Source: Theionarchaea archaeon
Lineage (GTDB): Archaea; Methanobacteriota_B; Thermococci; Methanofastidiosales; SZ-28-30
DNA length: 32,369 bases
Reading direction: 5' to 3'
Assembly (NCBI GenBank): GCA_018992565.1
Contig: JACVGW010000017.1
Location: 1 to 32,369, forward strand
Shown: one piece after another, positions 1 to 9,545 of the stretch
Position numbering within the stretch: the first letter of the stretch is position 1
How the letters are laid out: each line of letters begins with the position of its first letter
Notes under the pieces: model-generated
The model's database searches: none
What the model was told of the DNA's origin: nothing
What the model saw: the letters and a program-made list of their open reading frames with translations, nothing else
Translations under genes and position numbers: made by a program

Positions 1-1
1 G

Positions 2-901
2 TGCCCACGCAGCTTCTTTGACGTTAATGTACTCTCCCAGGATAAGTATACAACCCAGGGAGATCCCCAGGTAGGGTTCTACCAGAAAGCATACACTGCC
101 CGAACCAAGAATGAGGCCATCCAGCACATGTCCCAGGACGGAGGAATTGTCACTGATCTCCTGTGTTACGTACTGGAAAAGGATATTGTGGATGCAGCTG
201 TCGTGTCAATTTCTCAGAGTGGGTGGAACACCCTTCCTGCAGTGGTTACCACTCCTGAAGAAGTCCTCAGAGCAGCAGGTACCAAGTATACGGTGGTACC
301 CAATCTCACAGGAATAAAAGAGGCCGTGGATAGAGGATTTGAGCGCATTGCTTTTGTAGGAGTACCCTGCCAGATCCAGGGCGTTGCCAAGACCGATGCG
401 TACCCCTTTGGAGATAGATACTACCACTCAAAGATTGCCCTGGCTATCAGCATCTTCTGCATGGAGAATTTCCTGTTTGGAAACCTCCGTTCCATTGTAG
501 AAGGGAAGACAGAGGTCCCCCTGGACTCTGTCAACAAGATGGGGATCAGTAAGGGGCGATTCTGGGTGAGATCTATAGATGGAAACAGGTATAGGACTCC
601 TGTCAAGTCCATTGAATCCTATGCCCAGAAAAGCTGTTCCTTCTGCCTGGATTTCTGTGGGGAGCTCAGTGATATCTCTGTGGGAAGTGTGGGAAGTTCT
701 GACGGGTTCAGTTCAATCTTTGTCAGGTCTACCAAAGGCCTGGAAATATTCAATGGGTTCAAGAACCGCATAGAATGTGAAGAACTCTCAGAAGAGGGAT
801 TGAAGGCCATCCAGGACCTGGCCAATATTAAGAAGTCGAAAAATGCAAAGCACATTCAAGAAAGAAAGGATAAGAAAGAGAGAGTTACCTGTTGTTTTTA
901 G
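2..901 (+). CDS. FrhB/FdhB-family (coenzyme F420 hydrogenase/dehydrogenase beta subunit) protein, 5'-truncated by the window
   Basis: The frame of ORF 128..901 is open back to base 2 (CPRSFFDVN...AYTART...SQDGGIVT). It has the FrhB motifs QDGGIVT, GTKY, VGVPCQ, IFCMENF and CSFCLDF..ELSDISVGSVGS. The leading CPR looks like the end of a ferredoxin motif. Confidence 0.85.
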   Translation, partial: CPRSFFDVNVLSQDKYTTQGDPQVGFYQKAYTARTKNEAIQHMSQDGGIVTDLLCYVLEKDIVDAAVVSISQSGWNTLPAVVTTPEEVLRAAGTKYTVVPNLTGIKEAVDRGFERIAFVGVPCQIQGVAKTDAYPFGDRYYHSKIALAISIFCMENFLFGNLRSIVEGKTEVPLDSVNKMGISKGRFWVRSIDGNRYRTPVKSIESYAQKSCSFCLDFCGELSDISVGSVGSSDGFSSIFVRSTKGLEIFNGFKNRIECEELSEEGLKAIQDLANIKKSKNAKHIQERKDKKERVTCCF

Positions 902-1655
902 GCAATTTCGGTATCAGCCAGGAAAGGAATGAATCTTCGCTTCTGGTTTGCATATAGATTTTCCCAGGCCCCTGGAATTCTGCTACCAACCCTTCTCCAC
1001 TGAATAATGTGGATTTCAATCCTCCAACGCGCCTGACATCCCACTGGACATTACTGTCAAAGGCCACAATATGCCCCGTATCCACCACGAGACGTTCCCC
1101 TGTGTTCAAGTTCACTTCATGCAGTGCCCCATATGCGGACATGAACAGGTACCCGGTACCTTCCAGTTTCAGCAAGAATAACCCTTCTCTGGCAAAAAAG
1201 GTCTTTGTACCGCCAAATTTAGTATCAATGGTCAGTTGAGGATCTGAAGCCATGTAGCACCCGGAAGTGACAAAGACTGTCTCTGACCTGAGTTCCCGGT
1301 AAATAACATCGCCAGATAACGTGGGGGCCAGCCCAATAATTCCCGGTCCACCTGTTGCAGTATAGGTGTTCATGAAAAAGCTCTCTCCACCAAGCATAGA
1401 CCGTTTCAGAGCACCAAGAACGCCTCCTTTTGCCTCTGTCAATAACTGGAGAGTGGAAGACATGTACACCATGGCTCCACCTTCTGCTGTAATACTCTGT
1501 CCAGATTTCAAGTGCACCTCGGCAAGAGAATAGCTCGGCCTGTACAGTATCTCGTAGTCCACCATCCCGGAAGACTCTATTCTAAAAGAAGCGCCGCAGC
1601 TCGCACAAAAGAGACTCCCTTCTGGATTTTCAGCACCACACTGTTTGCAATACAT
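885..1655 (-). CDS. TIGR00266/AIM24-family protein with N-terminal double zinc ribbon
   Basis: CKQCG...FCASCG at the N-terminus, then AEGGAMVYMS, GGESFFMNTY, VDTGHIVAFD, LFSGEGLV and GPGKIYMQTR. Confidence 0.85.
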   Translation of the reverse strand: MYCKQCGAENPEGSLFCASCGASFRIESSGMVDYEILYRPSYSLAEVHLKSGQSITAEGGAMVYMSSTLQLLTEAKGGVLGALKRSMLGGESFFMNTYTATGGPGIIGLAPTLSGDVIYRELRSETVFVTSGCYMASDPQLTIDTKFGGTKTFFAREGLFLLKLEGTGYLFMSAYGALHEVNLNTGERLVVDTGHIVAFDSNVQWDVRRVGGLKSTLFSGEGLVAEFQGPGKIYMQTRSEDSFLSWLIPKLPKNNR

Positions 1656-1676
1656 AAAACGTAGCCTGTTACCATC

Positions 1677-1721
1677 TATTTAAACTAACCCATTCTGATG
1701 CGAGAAACAAAGATTTATAAA
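1677..1721. promoter_or_regulatory. Divergent archaeal TATA boxes for the TIGR00266 gene and valS
   Basis: TTTAAATA on the minus strand (1677-1684), about 22 bp before start 1655. TTTATAAA on the plus strand (1714-1721), preceded by a purine-rich BRE-like stretch. Confidence 0.55.
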
Positions 1722-1768
1722 ACGTTCTTCGCATAACAAAAAAGCCGCATAGGACGCGTGGTGGTACG

Positions 1769-4348
1769 ATGATGGATCAATACAACCCTCAAGAGATGGA
1801 ACCAAGAATCCAGAAATTCTGGGAAGACCAGGGAATATTCAGGTTTAAGAGAGACTCTGAAGCACCAGTTTATTCCATAGATACTCCCCCCCGTACCTTA
1901 TCAGGAACCATCCACATGGGACACGCCATGAGCTACTCCCAGATGGAGTTCATCGCCCGGTACAAGAGAATGCAGAAGTTCAATGTGTTCTTTCCCATGG
2001 GATTTGATGATAATGGACTGGCCACTGAACGGTACGTGGAACAGAAGCATAATGTCTCATCAAAAGAGATGTCCCGGGAGGAGTTCATCAACCTCTGTTT
2101 AAAAGAGACTGTTGTTGGTGGCATGTACTTCAGGGATGTGTGGACCTCATTGGGAATATCCTGTGACTGGACCACCCTGTACTCCACCATTGATGAACAC
2201 TGCAGACGAGTGGCACAGAGGAGTTTCATAGAGTTGTACCCCAGGGGGAAGCTGGAACGGAAAAAAGACCCCATAACCTGGTGTCCTCTGTGTGAAACTG
2301 CCATTGCCCAGGCAGAATTGGAAGACAAGACAGAAGAAACTTTTTTAACCACCATACGATTCGTGTGTGAGGGGACTGACCTTCCCATTGCCACCACAAG
2401 ACCTGAATTCCTGGCTGCCTGCGTTGCTGTTGTGGTGCATCCCGATGATCAACGGTATAAGACCCTTCCAGGAAAGAAGGCTACTGTCCCATTGTTTCAG
2501 CAGGACGTCCCTGTCATTGCTGATTCCAGGGTGGATATGCACTTTGGAACAGGTATTGTCATGATCTGCACCTTTGGGGATAAGACTGATGTAGAATGGT
2601 GGCGGGACTATCAACTGGATACCCGCGTCATGATCAATAATGATGGGACCTTGAATGAGACAGCTGGTACATATAAGGGGATGACCCTTGTGAAGGCCAG
2701 GAATCTCATTTTGAAGGAATTGAAAGAGAAGAACCTCATAGTGGCCCAGGAGAAAATTGAACACACCCTCAATGCTCATGAGAGGTGTCATACTCCTGTG
2801 GAGTTCATCATAGCAAACCAGTGGTTTGTCAGAGTCATGGACCTGAAAGATGAGCTCATCAAAAAAGGAGAACAAATCCAGTGGTTCCCTGAGTTTATGG
2901 GGAAAAGATATGAATCCTGGGTGGAAAATCTACGGTGGGACTGGTGCATCTCCAGACAGAGGTACTACGGGATACCTTTCCCTGTGTGGTACTGCAAGAA
3001 GTGTGGAAGAATCATGCTGGCTGAAGAAAAGGATCTCCCTGTAGATCCGGTGAATGATAATCCGCCTCACCCCTGTGAATGTGGATCTACAGACTTTGAA
3101 CCTGAAACAGACGTTCTGGATACCTGGTTCACCTCAGCACATACACCTCAGATCGCGGCCCGATGGTTAGAACCTGACTCAATGATGGATATATTATTCC
3201 CCATGAGTCTGCGCAGCCAGGCCCACGATATTATCAGAACCTGGGCATTTTACACCATTGTAAAAGCTTTTCTCCACCATAATAGTGTTCCCTGGTTTAA
3301 TGCCATGATTTCAGGACATGGGCTGGATGAACATGGAAAAGGAATGCATGCTTCAAGAGGGAATGTGGTTTTATGCATGGACATGGTGAAGAAACACTCT
3401 GCTGATGCTGTGAGGTGGTGGGCTGCAGAAGCCAAACTGGGTGAAGACCTCCTGTTCAAGGAAAAAGATGTGATCAAAGGATATAAACTCTGCGTAAAAT
3501 TATGGAATGCGTCCAAGTTGGTTTCTCTTCATCTTGATTCAAAGCCAGAACGAGTTGATCTGAGAGAGGTGGACAGGTGGCTTCTGGGAAGGCTGGATAC
3601 GCTCATGAAGGAAGCCACAGAACACCTGGACAACTACGAATACAGCAGGGCCAAGAATCTGTTAGAACAGTCCTTCTGGCATGAATTCTGTGATAATTAT
3701 CTGGAACTTGTCAAGTACCGGCTGTATGGCGAAACTGATAAGGGTGCTGTCTATACATTGTATTACTCCCTGCTCACCTATTTGAAATTGCTGTCACCGT
3801 ATGTGGCCCACATTACAGAGGAAATCTACCAGAATGTGTACCGGCAGTGGGAAAAAGAAGTGAGCATCCACGTGTCTTCATGGCCCACGCCTTTTGAAAT
3901 CCCTGAAAGTGAAGAGGGGCAGACTCTTGTAGATGTCATTGCTGCTCTACGCAGGTGGAAATCAGACATGGGGATGCCTTTGAATAAAGAGGTATCAAGA
4001 GTGAAGCTGTATACACGTGCCCGCATCGAGGATGTGGAGGACATTAAGGGTGCCATGAATGTAGGGGCCGTTGAGATTACCAGTGACCCTCCCACCTGGA
4101 AAGAAAAGGTTGTAAAGGTCACTCCTGACTACAGTATTATTGGTCCGAAATTCGGAAAGGATACTGGCAACGTGGCTGCCCTCCTGGAGAAATATGCAGG
4201 AGACCTGGAACAGACCCCCCAACTGGAGAAAGATGGATTCCAATTGAAACGAGAGTACATTGTATCAATTCAAAAGGAATTCTATGTAGGAGAGAGGCGG
4301 GTTGAAGTGCTTTCTGCAGGTGATGTTGTCATTGAAATCGAGGTTTAA
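1769..4348 (+). CDS. valS: Valine--tRNA ligase, archaeal type
   Basis: 859 aa. DTPP..SG.IHMGH (HIGH), GFDDNGL.TER, ATTRPE editing domain, WDWCISRQRYYG.PFPVWYC, DVLDTWF, HDIIRTWAFYTI and FCDNYLELVK. The KMSKS position reads GMHAS. Confidence 0.95.
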   Translation: MMDQYNPQEMEPRIQKFWEDQGIFRFKRDSEAPVYSIDTPPRTLSGTIHMGHAMSYSQMEFIARYKRMQKFNVFFPMGFDDNGLATERYVEQKHNVSSKEMSREEFINLCLKETVVGGMYFRDVWTSLGISCDWTTLYSTIDEHCRRVAQRSFIELYPRGKLERKKDPITWCPLCETAIAQAELEDKTEETFLTTIRFVCEGTDLPIATTRPEFLAACVAVVVHPDDQRYKTLPGKKATVPLFQQDVPVIADSRVDMHFGTGIVMICTFGDKTDVEWWRDYQLDTRVMINNDGTLNETAGTYKGMTLVKARNLILKELKEKNLIVAQEKIEHTLNAHERCHTPVEFIIANQWFVRVMDLKDELIKKGEQIQWFPEFMGKRYESWVENLRWDWCISRQRYYGIPFPVWYCKKCGRIMLAEEKDLPVDPVNDNPPHPCECGSTDFEPETDVLDTWFTSAHTPQIAARWLEPDSMMDILFPMSLRSQAHDIIRTWAFYTIVKAFLHHNSVPWFNAMISGHGLDEHGKGMHASRGNVVLCMDMVKKHSADAVRWWAAEAKLGEDLLFKEKDVIKGYKLCVKLWNASKLVSLHLDSKPERVDLREVDRWLLGRLDTLMKEATEHLDNYEYSRAKNLLEQSFWHEFCDNYLELVKYRLYGETDKGAVYTLYYSLLTYLKLLSPYVAHITEEIYQNVYRQWEKEVSIHVSSWPTPFEIPESEEGQTLVDVIAALRRWKSDMGMPLNKEVSRVKLYTRARIEDVEDIKGAMNVGAVEITSDPPTWKEKVVKVTPDYSIIGPKFGKDTGNVAALLEKYAGDLEQTPQLEKDGFQLKREYIVSIQKEFYVGERRVEVLSAGDVVIEIEV

Positions 4349-5335
4349 ATGAAGGCTGCTGTCTATTACGGGGTCGATACTTTCAAAGTTGAGGAAGTAC
4401 CCCTGCCCAGAATTGGCGAGTATGAAGTCCTGGTGAGAGTCAGGGCATGTGGGGTGTGTGGCACTGATGTCCATAAAGCGATGCACCAGACAGTAAAGGC
4501 AGGAACTGTCTTAGGCCATGAAGTGGCCGGGGATATCATTGAAGTTGGCAAAAAGGTCACGAAATTTAAGATAGGTGAAAAAGTAGTTGTTCCTCATCAT
4601 ACACCCTGTTTTGCCTGCTCTTATTGTCACCATGGTCACCACACTCTGTGTGACCAGTACACAAAAACGAATATTGATCCTGGTGGATTTTCTGAGGTTA
4701 TCAGGGTCCCCCAGCCCAACGTGGAAAGAGCCATGCTGTCTTTTGATCATGTAGACTATGAGGAAGCTGCTTTTGTAGAACCACTAGCCTGCTGCATCCA
4801 TGCCTGGGAGAGACTCGAGGTATTCCCTGGAGATACTGTGTTGATTGTGGGAGCAGGGCCCATTGGGCTTCTCCATATGGAGCTTGCGAAAATACATCAG
4901 ACAGAGGCAATGGTGGCAGATATCAAGGAAGCCAGGTTACAGCAGGTAGAAAAAATGGGAGGTATCCCTGTTCAAGCAAGTGAGATGAAGGGAGTACAGG
5001 CTGACATTGTTATTGTGGCTGCTGGGAACAAGAACGCATATGAACTGGCCCTGTCCAGTGTGAAAAGGGGTGGCCAGATCAGTTTTTTTGCAGAGTGCCC
5101 TCCTGACTCGCATATTGCAGTGGATCCAAATATGATATATGGAAAAGAACTCACCCTCACAGGGAGTTATTCCTCCACTCCGCGTGGTCACTGGAAAGCC
5201 TTAACCCTCATCCGGGGCAGGAACCTGAATGTAACCCAGCTCATCTCCCACAGGTTTGGGCTGGAAGACCTGGGAAAAGCCATTGGAATGGCTTCCAAAG
5301 CTGATGACTGCTTGAAGATGATGATAAAGCCGTGA
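4349..5335 (+). CDS. Zinc-dependent medium-chain (alcohol/polyol) dehydrogenase
   Basis: CGVCGTDVH, GHE, structural Zn motif CFACSYC...C, EPLAC and Rossmann motif GAGPIG. Starts immediately after the valS stop (TAAATG). Confidence 0.9.
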   Translation: MKAAVYYGVDTFKVEEVPLPRIGEYEVLVRVRACGVCGTDVHKAMHQTVKAGTVLGHEVAGDIIEVGKKVTKFKIGEKVVVPHHTPCFACSYCHHGHHTLCDQYTKTNIDPGGFSEVIRVPQPNVERAMLSFDHVDYEEAAFVEPLACCIHAWERLEVFPGDTVLIVGAGPIGLLHMELAKIHQTEAMVADIKEARLQQVEKMGGIPVQASEMKGVQADIVIVAAGNKNAYELALSSVKRGGQISFFAECPPDSHIAVDPNMIYGKELTLTGSYSSTPRGHWKALTLIRGRNLNVTQLISHRFGLEDLGKAIGMASKADDCLKMMIKP

Positions 5336-5339
5336 TAGT

Positions 5340-6362
5340 ATGAAAGTCGCCATGTTTTATGGGCCTGGAGATGTCAGGCTGGAAGAGAAGGACATACCTG
5401 AGATTAAGGACACTGAAGTCCTGGTAAGAATACGAGCTGCCCTAACATGTGGAACTGATGTCAAGACGTACCGCAGAGGACATAGACTACTGCCTCCCCC
5501 CTCACCCTTTGGACATGAGTATGCTGGAGATGTTGTTGCAGTAGGGAAAATGGTGGAAAAAGTCACGGAAGGAACGCGGGTAGTTGCTGCCAATTCTGCA
5601 CCCTGCGGACACTGCTTCTACTGCAAGAGGGGGAGGGAAAGTCTGTGCGAAAACCTCTTTTTTGTGTGGGGAGCTTTTTCCGAGTACATTGTGGTTCCAG
5701 AGAGAATTGTGAAGAAGAATCTCCTGACTGTTCCCGATCACGTTACCTATGAGGAAGCTGCCCTGACAGAACCTCTGGCCTGTGTCATCCATGGTGTAGA
5801 AGAATCCGCTATTTGTATGGGAGATACAGTGGTTATTAATGGTGCAGGTCCAATCGGACTGTTTTTCACCGCACTGGTAAAACAGAAAGGTGCGCGGGTA
5901 ATCCAGACCGATCTGGTGGATGAAAGGCTTTCTGTGGCAGAAACCCTGGGTGCTGATCATATCATTAATGCCCAAGAAGGAGAAGACGCCACCATTAAGA
6001 AGGTGAAAGCACTTACTGAGGGAAGAGGAGCAGATATTGCCATCGAAGCTGTTGGGTATCCAAAAATCTGGGAAACTACCATCAAGATGACCAGAAAGGG
6101 GGGGACTGCCACGCTATTCGGCGGATGTGAAAAAAACACTGCCATTACAGTGGATACATCATTGCTGCATTACAGTGAGATAACAATGAAAGGTGTTTTC
6201 CATCACACTCCCCAGTACATCAGAACAGCTCTCAACCTGATATCGTGGGGAGCCATAGACACAAAGACGTTTATCACCGAGAAAATGCCTCTGTCCCGCA
6301 TTGATGAAGCGTTGCAGAAAGTACTGGCCCAGAAAGGGGTAAAAATTGCACTGATTCCCTGA
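5340..6362 (+). CDS. Zinc-dependent medium-chain dehydrogenase (second paralog)
   Basis: TCGTDVK, GHE, CGHCFYC...C, EPLAC and GAGPIG. Confidence 0.9.
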   Translation: MKVAMFYGPGDVRLEEKDIPEIKDTEVLVRIRAALTCGTDVKTYRRGHRLLPPPSPFGHEYAGDVVAVGKMVEKVTEGTRVVAANSAPCGHCFYCKRGRESLCENLFFVWGAFSEYIVVPERIVKKNLLTVPDHVTYEEAALTEPLACVIHGVEESAICMGDTVVINGAGPIGLFFTALVKQKGARVIQTDLVDERLSVAETLGADHIINAQEGEDATIKKVKALTEGRGADIAIEAVGYPKIWETTIKMTRKGGTATLFGGCEKNTAITVDTSLLHYSEITMKGVFHHTPQYIRTALNLISWGAIDTKTFITEKMPLSRIDEALQKVLAQKGVKIALIP

Positions 6363-6664
6363 GAAATCTACAATAAGAAAATTGATTTCTCGCCTCCATG
6401 ATCAAAAGTGGCCATCTTCTTGGTCTAGCTATAATTACCACAACCGTCGCGGGCTACAGAAGTCTGATACAGAGCCATTGACGACAAACAGAAAAGAGGC
6501 AGGAACACCAATCTACAAGATATGCAACCTATCTTCTGATCTGGAAGTTGAAATGACTCAAAAAAGGAAAATGAATGTAAGATCGCGAGAAACGGCAAAA
6601 CCGCTCAATGAATCAACCAAACATTTATATTCTCTGAAGAATCTCCGCTCGAGAAGGTGCTGTC

Positions 6665-7270
6665 ATGAATATAACCTATCTGAGCCATGCCTGTTTTGAG
6701 CTCAAGAATACCAAGACTATCCTCATTGATCCATTCTTTAAAGATAATCCAAATGCTCCTTCATACTCCGGAACCCCTGACCTGGTTCTGGTAACCCATG
6801 AACATTATGATCATAGTGATGCAGAAGGGTTTGACACAGTAGTAGTATGTCCTGAACCCTGCAGAAAGAAGTTCAAGAATCCCGTGACCATGAAAATCGG
6901 GGACAGGAACCCAGTGGAAGGTATCCCTCTTGAAATGGTGGAAGCCTCCCATCATCAGTCCTCCTGTCCCACTGGATTTATTATCAAGATGGAAGGAAAC
7001 TGCATCTACCATATGGGTGACACCTACCTGGATGGAGTCAGCTCTCACGGTACTATAGATATTCTCTTCATCCCCATTGGCGGGCACTACACCATGAACA
7101 TTGAAGAAGCTCTCAAGGCCCTGGACATCGTCAAGCCAATGCTGGCAATACCAATGCACTACAATACCTTCCCCCAGATCAAAGCAGATCCCCACGCATT
7201 CAAGAAAAAGGCAGAGGAAAAAGGATTTTCAGTGAAGGTGTTCAAGATTGGCGAGAGAGCTCAGTTCTAA
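6665..7270 (+). CDS. Metallo-beta-lactamase-fold hydrolase (UPF0173/UlaG-like)
   Basis: HACF, LIDPF, THEHYDH, YHMGDT, PIGGHYTM and IPMHY. TTTATATT box about 35 bp upstream. Confidence 0.9.
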   Translation: MNITYLSHACFELKNTKTILIDPFFKDNPNAPSYSGTPDLVLVTHEHYDHSDAEGFDTVVVCPEPCRKKFKNPVTMKIGDRNPVEGIPLEMVEASHHQSSCPTGFIIKMEGNCIYHMGDTYLDGVSSHGTIDILFIPIGGHYTMNIEEALKALDIVKPMLAIPMHYNTFPQIKADPHAFKKKAEEKGFSVKVFKIGERAQF

Positions 7271-8438
7271 TACAACCCGCATACTCTATGGAGGCATAAT
7301 TGCCCTGGGGTTGGCACATTTTCTGACTCATTTCTTAGAATTTGCCCTTCCTGCGGTTTATCCGTTGATACGAGAAGAATTCTCCCTAACATATTCGGAT
7401 GTGGGAGTGATTTCAAGCAGTGTTGTCATTACCCTCTTCATCTTTCAAACACCTATAGGACACGTATCAGATAGAAAAGGAAGAAAATATATCCTGATAG
7501 CATTCCTGTCCCTGCTCATTTGTTCTACCTTTCTGACAGCCCTTTCACATTCGTATATGTATTTGTTGCTGTTCCAGGTTCTGGTAGGGGTGGGTGCCAG
7601 TGCCTTCCACTCAGCAGGGATGGCCATGGCCTCAGATATTGCCCCCCACAGGAAAATGGGAAGGTACATGGCAGTCCAGGGGTTTGGAGGGACTTTTGGA
7701 GTTGCACTAGTCCCGCTGATTGTGAGTCTCCTGGGTAGCATTCTGGGATGGAGATACGCAATCCAGGGTGTCGCACTCCTGGGAGTACCCGTTCTGCTGT
7801 GCATATTTAAATTGCTTCAGGATACAGGAAGAGCGGTAGATTCTGAAGAGAAAGATCGTGTAATTCTCTCCAAAAAAGTCATAGTGCTCGTACTGCTTGG
7901 GTTTGTCCTGCAGGGATTCGTTTTCAGAGGTATTGTCTCTTTCTTTCCCACATATCTGGTGGACGTCTACGGGAGTTCTCTCAAGCTGGCGGGTTCATTG
8001 ACATTTCTACTCTTCCTCGGAGGAGCCTTCGCAGAGCTCGTGGGGGGCGAATTGTCTGATAGAACAGAAAAGCTCAATGTAGTAATCTTCTCTTATGGTG
8101 TCAGATGCGCCCTTCTCTATCTCATAAATACACTGGGTAATCCTCACCTTCTGGTGATTCTTGTGATAGGATTCGGGTTCTTTCAGGGGATGTCCACGCC
8201 TGCTGTGGCCTCTCTCATCAGAGATATGAGCCCTTCCGGTTCTGCAGGGAAATCATATGGAGCAGTATTCAGCATTGCCACGCTGACTGGATTCTTCTCC
8301 CCCCTTATCGTGGGATATGTGGGTGATCTGTACAGTCTGCGAGTCTCATTCTATATCTTGACCCTTGCCTTGCTGTGCGCCTTTACGTTCGTGGTGATAG
8401 CCAGGTACTTCAGGTTCAAAGAGACGCACTCTGCATGA
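7248..8438 (+). CDS. MFS transporter
   Basis: About 12 hydrophobic segments, motif A GHVSDRKGRK, and its repeat GELSDRTEK. TTG start overlaps the upstream gene; the exact start is uncertain. Confidence 0.85.
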   Translation: MARELSSNTTRILYGGIIALGLAHFLTHFLEFALPAVYPLIREEFSLTYSDVGVISSSVVITLFIFQTPIGHVSDRKGRKYILIAFLSLLICSTFLTALSHSYMYLLLFQVLVGVGASAFHSAGMAMASDIAPHRKMGRYMAVQGFGGTFGVALVPLIVSLLGSILGWRYAIQGVALLGVPVLLCIFKLLQDTGRAVDSEEKDRVILSKKVIVLVLLGFVLQGFVFRGIVSFFPTYLVDVYGSSLKLAGSLTFLLFLGGAFAELVGGELSDRTEKLNVVIFSYGVRCALLYLINTLGNPHLLVILVIGFGFFQGMSTPAVASLIRDMSPSGSAGKSYGAVFSIATLTGFFSPLIVGYVGDLYSLRVSFYILTLALLCAFTFVVIARYFRFKETHSA

Positions 8439-9440
8439 CTATATGGAGCGAATATACTGAGGATCCACGTGGAGAGAACCCAAGACAAGCCGGTACCGAT
8501 CATCTGCCTTTTCAAGTCTTCCCCTGGCTTCAACAATATCGCCTTCCACGAAACTATCGCAGTAGAGTCCTTCATAAGAAATGATGTCCTCCACCGGCTG
8601 TTCCCCTTCCTGCACCTCCAGTGTTTCAACTTTGTACCCGGCAGGAAGGAACATAGATTCAGAGCTATCAGTAATCACTGCTCTGACGGTAGCTGGCCCC
8701 AACCCAGTATACTGGATATCACCGTAGGTCTCAGTAATGTCTGCATCCGTTCTGGTAGGATGGAGAGAGAAGTAGGTGCCATCGAAGAACCCATAATTCC
8801 ACTTTCTGGCTGCAAAGAGCTCTGCTTGCTTCCTGTCAATGCCAAAGATACTCATCTTATGCTGAATCCATTCTTCCATCTTCTCCCCCTGTAATCCAGT
8901 GACATGGGGTAGCTGGGGTAATATCTCCTTTATCAGGATGGCATTTCTCCTTCCGTAGACGATCAGGTCAATATCAGAAAACACTGGATTGTGTAACCCA
9001 ATGAGAATAGAGCCTGTTATACCCAGTTGATTCAATGGGATTGATGTTTCCTTCATAATCTCCTGGGCAAATACTCTCACTTTTTGCTCCAATTCGTCAT
9101 GAGGATAGTCAACAAGCTGAGCTATTCTCTCTTCTGGTACATAGTACTGGCTGATTCTATCTCTTGGGACCATAGACATTTCTATGCTGCGCACTGGGCA
9201 GTAATGTACGTAGTGGGGAAAGTCCTTCTTCAAATAGTCAATAGTCTGTGAAACAGAGAAAACATGGTAGAACGGGAGTTCTCGCCTGAAATGAGAGGCT
9301 CCTTTCTTCCACTTTCCCTGACTGGCGGGCGAATACTTCAGATAGGCTGTGATCTTATCAGGAGGATGCAGATATCCTGCCACACAGAAAAACATTCCCT
9401 CTCTGGTTTCTATGAAGTCTCTGTCCTTGGGCTTTCTCAT
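8439..9440 (-). CDS. Predicted archaeal nucleotidyltransferase (COG1665-like)
   Basis: GITGS...SDIDLIVYG Pol-beta-type NTase motif, RDFIET..G.FFCV.GYLHP N-terminus and OB-like C-terminus. Start moved to ATG 9440 (MRKPKDRD) because a TTTTAATA box lies about 22-29 bp upstream. Confidence 0.75.
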   Translation of the reverse strand: MRKPKDRDFIETREGMFFCVAGYLHPPDKITAYLKYSPASQGKWKKGASHFRRELPFYHVFSVSQTIDYLKKDFPHYVHYCPVRSIEMSMVPRDRISQYYVPEERIAQLVDYPHDELEQKVRVFAQEIMKETSIPLNQLGITGSILIGLHNPVFSDIDLIVYGRRNAILIKEILPQLPHVTGLQGEKMEEWIQHKMSIFGIDRKQAELFAARKWNYGFFDGTYFSLHPTRTDADITETYGDIQYTGLGPATVRAVITDSSESMFLPAGYKVETLEVQEGEQPVEDIISYEGLYCDSFVEGDIVEARGRLEKADDRYRLVLGSLHVDPQYIRSI

Positions 9441-9545
9441 GAAAGAACCTTGACATGCAGTTATTAAAAGGTGAGCATTGAAATCCACGCTCCAGAAGAA
9501 AAGTGGTGGTATTGATCCACCACATGAAAAGCGAACCCATCTTCT

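Noticed and set aside
6361..6391. GAGAAATC/GATTTCTC hairpin after the second dehydrogenase
   Set aside because: Only an 8-bp AT-rich stem with a 15-nt loop and no T-tract; too weak to call a terminator.
6382..6699. 105-aa ORF in the gap before the MBL hydrolase
   Set aside because: TTG start, no recognisable motif, and it runs across the TATA box and start of the next gene.
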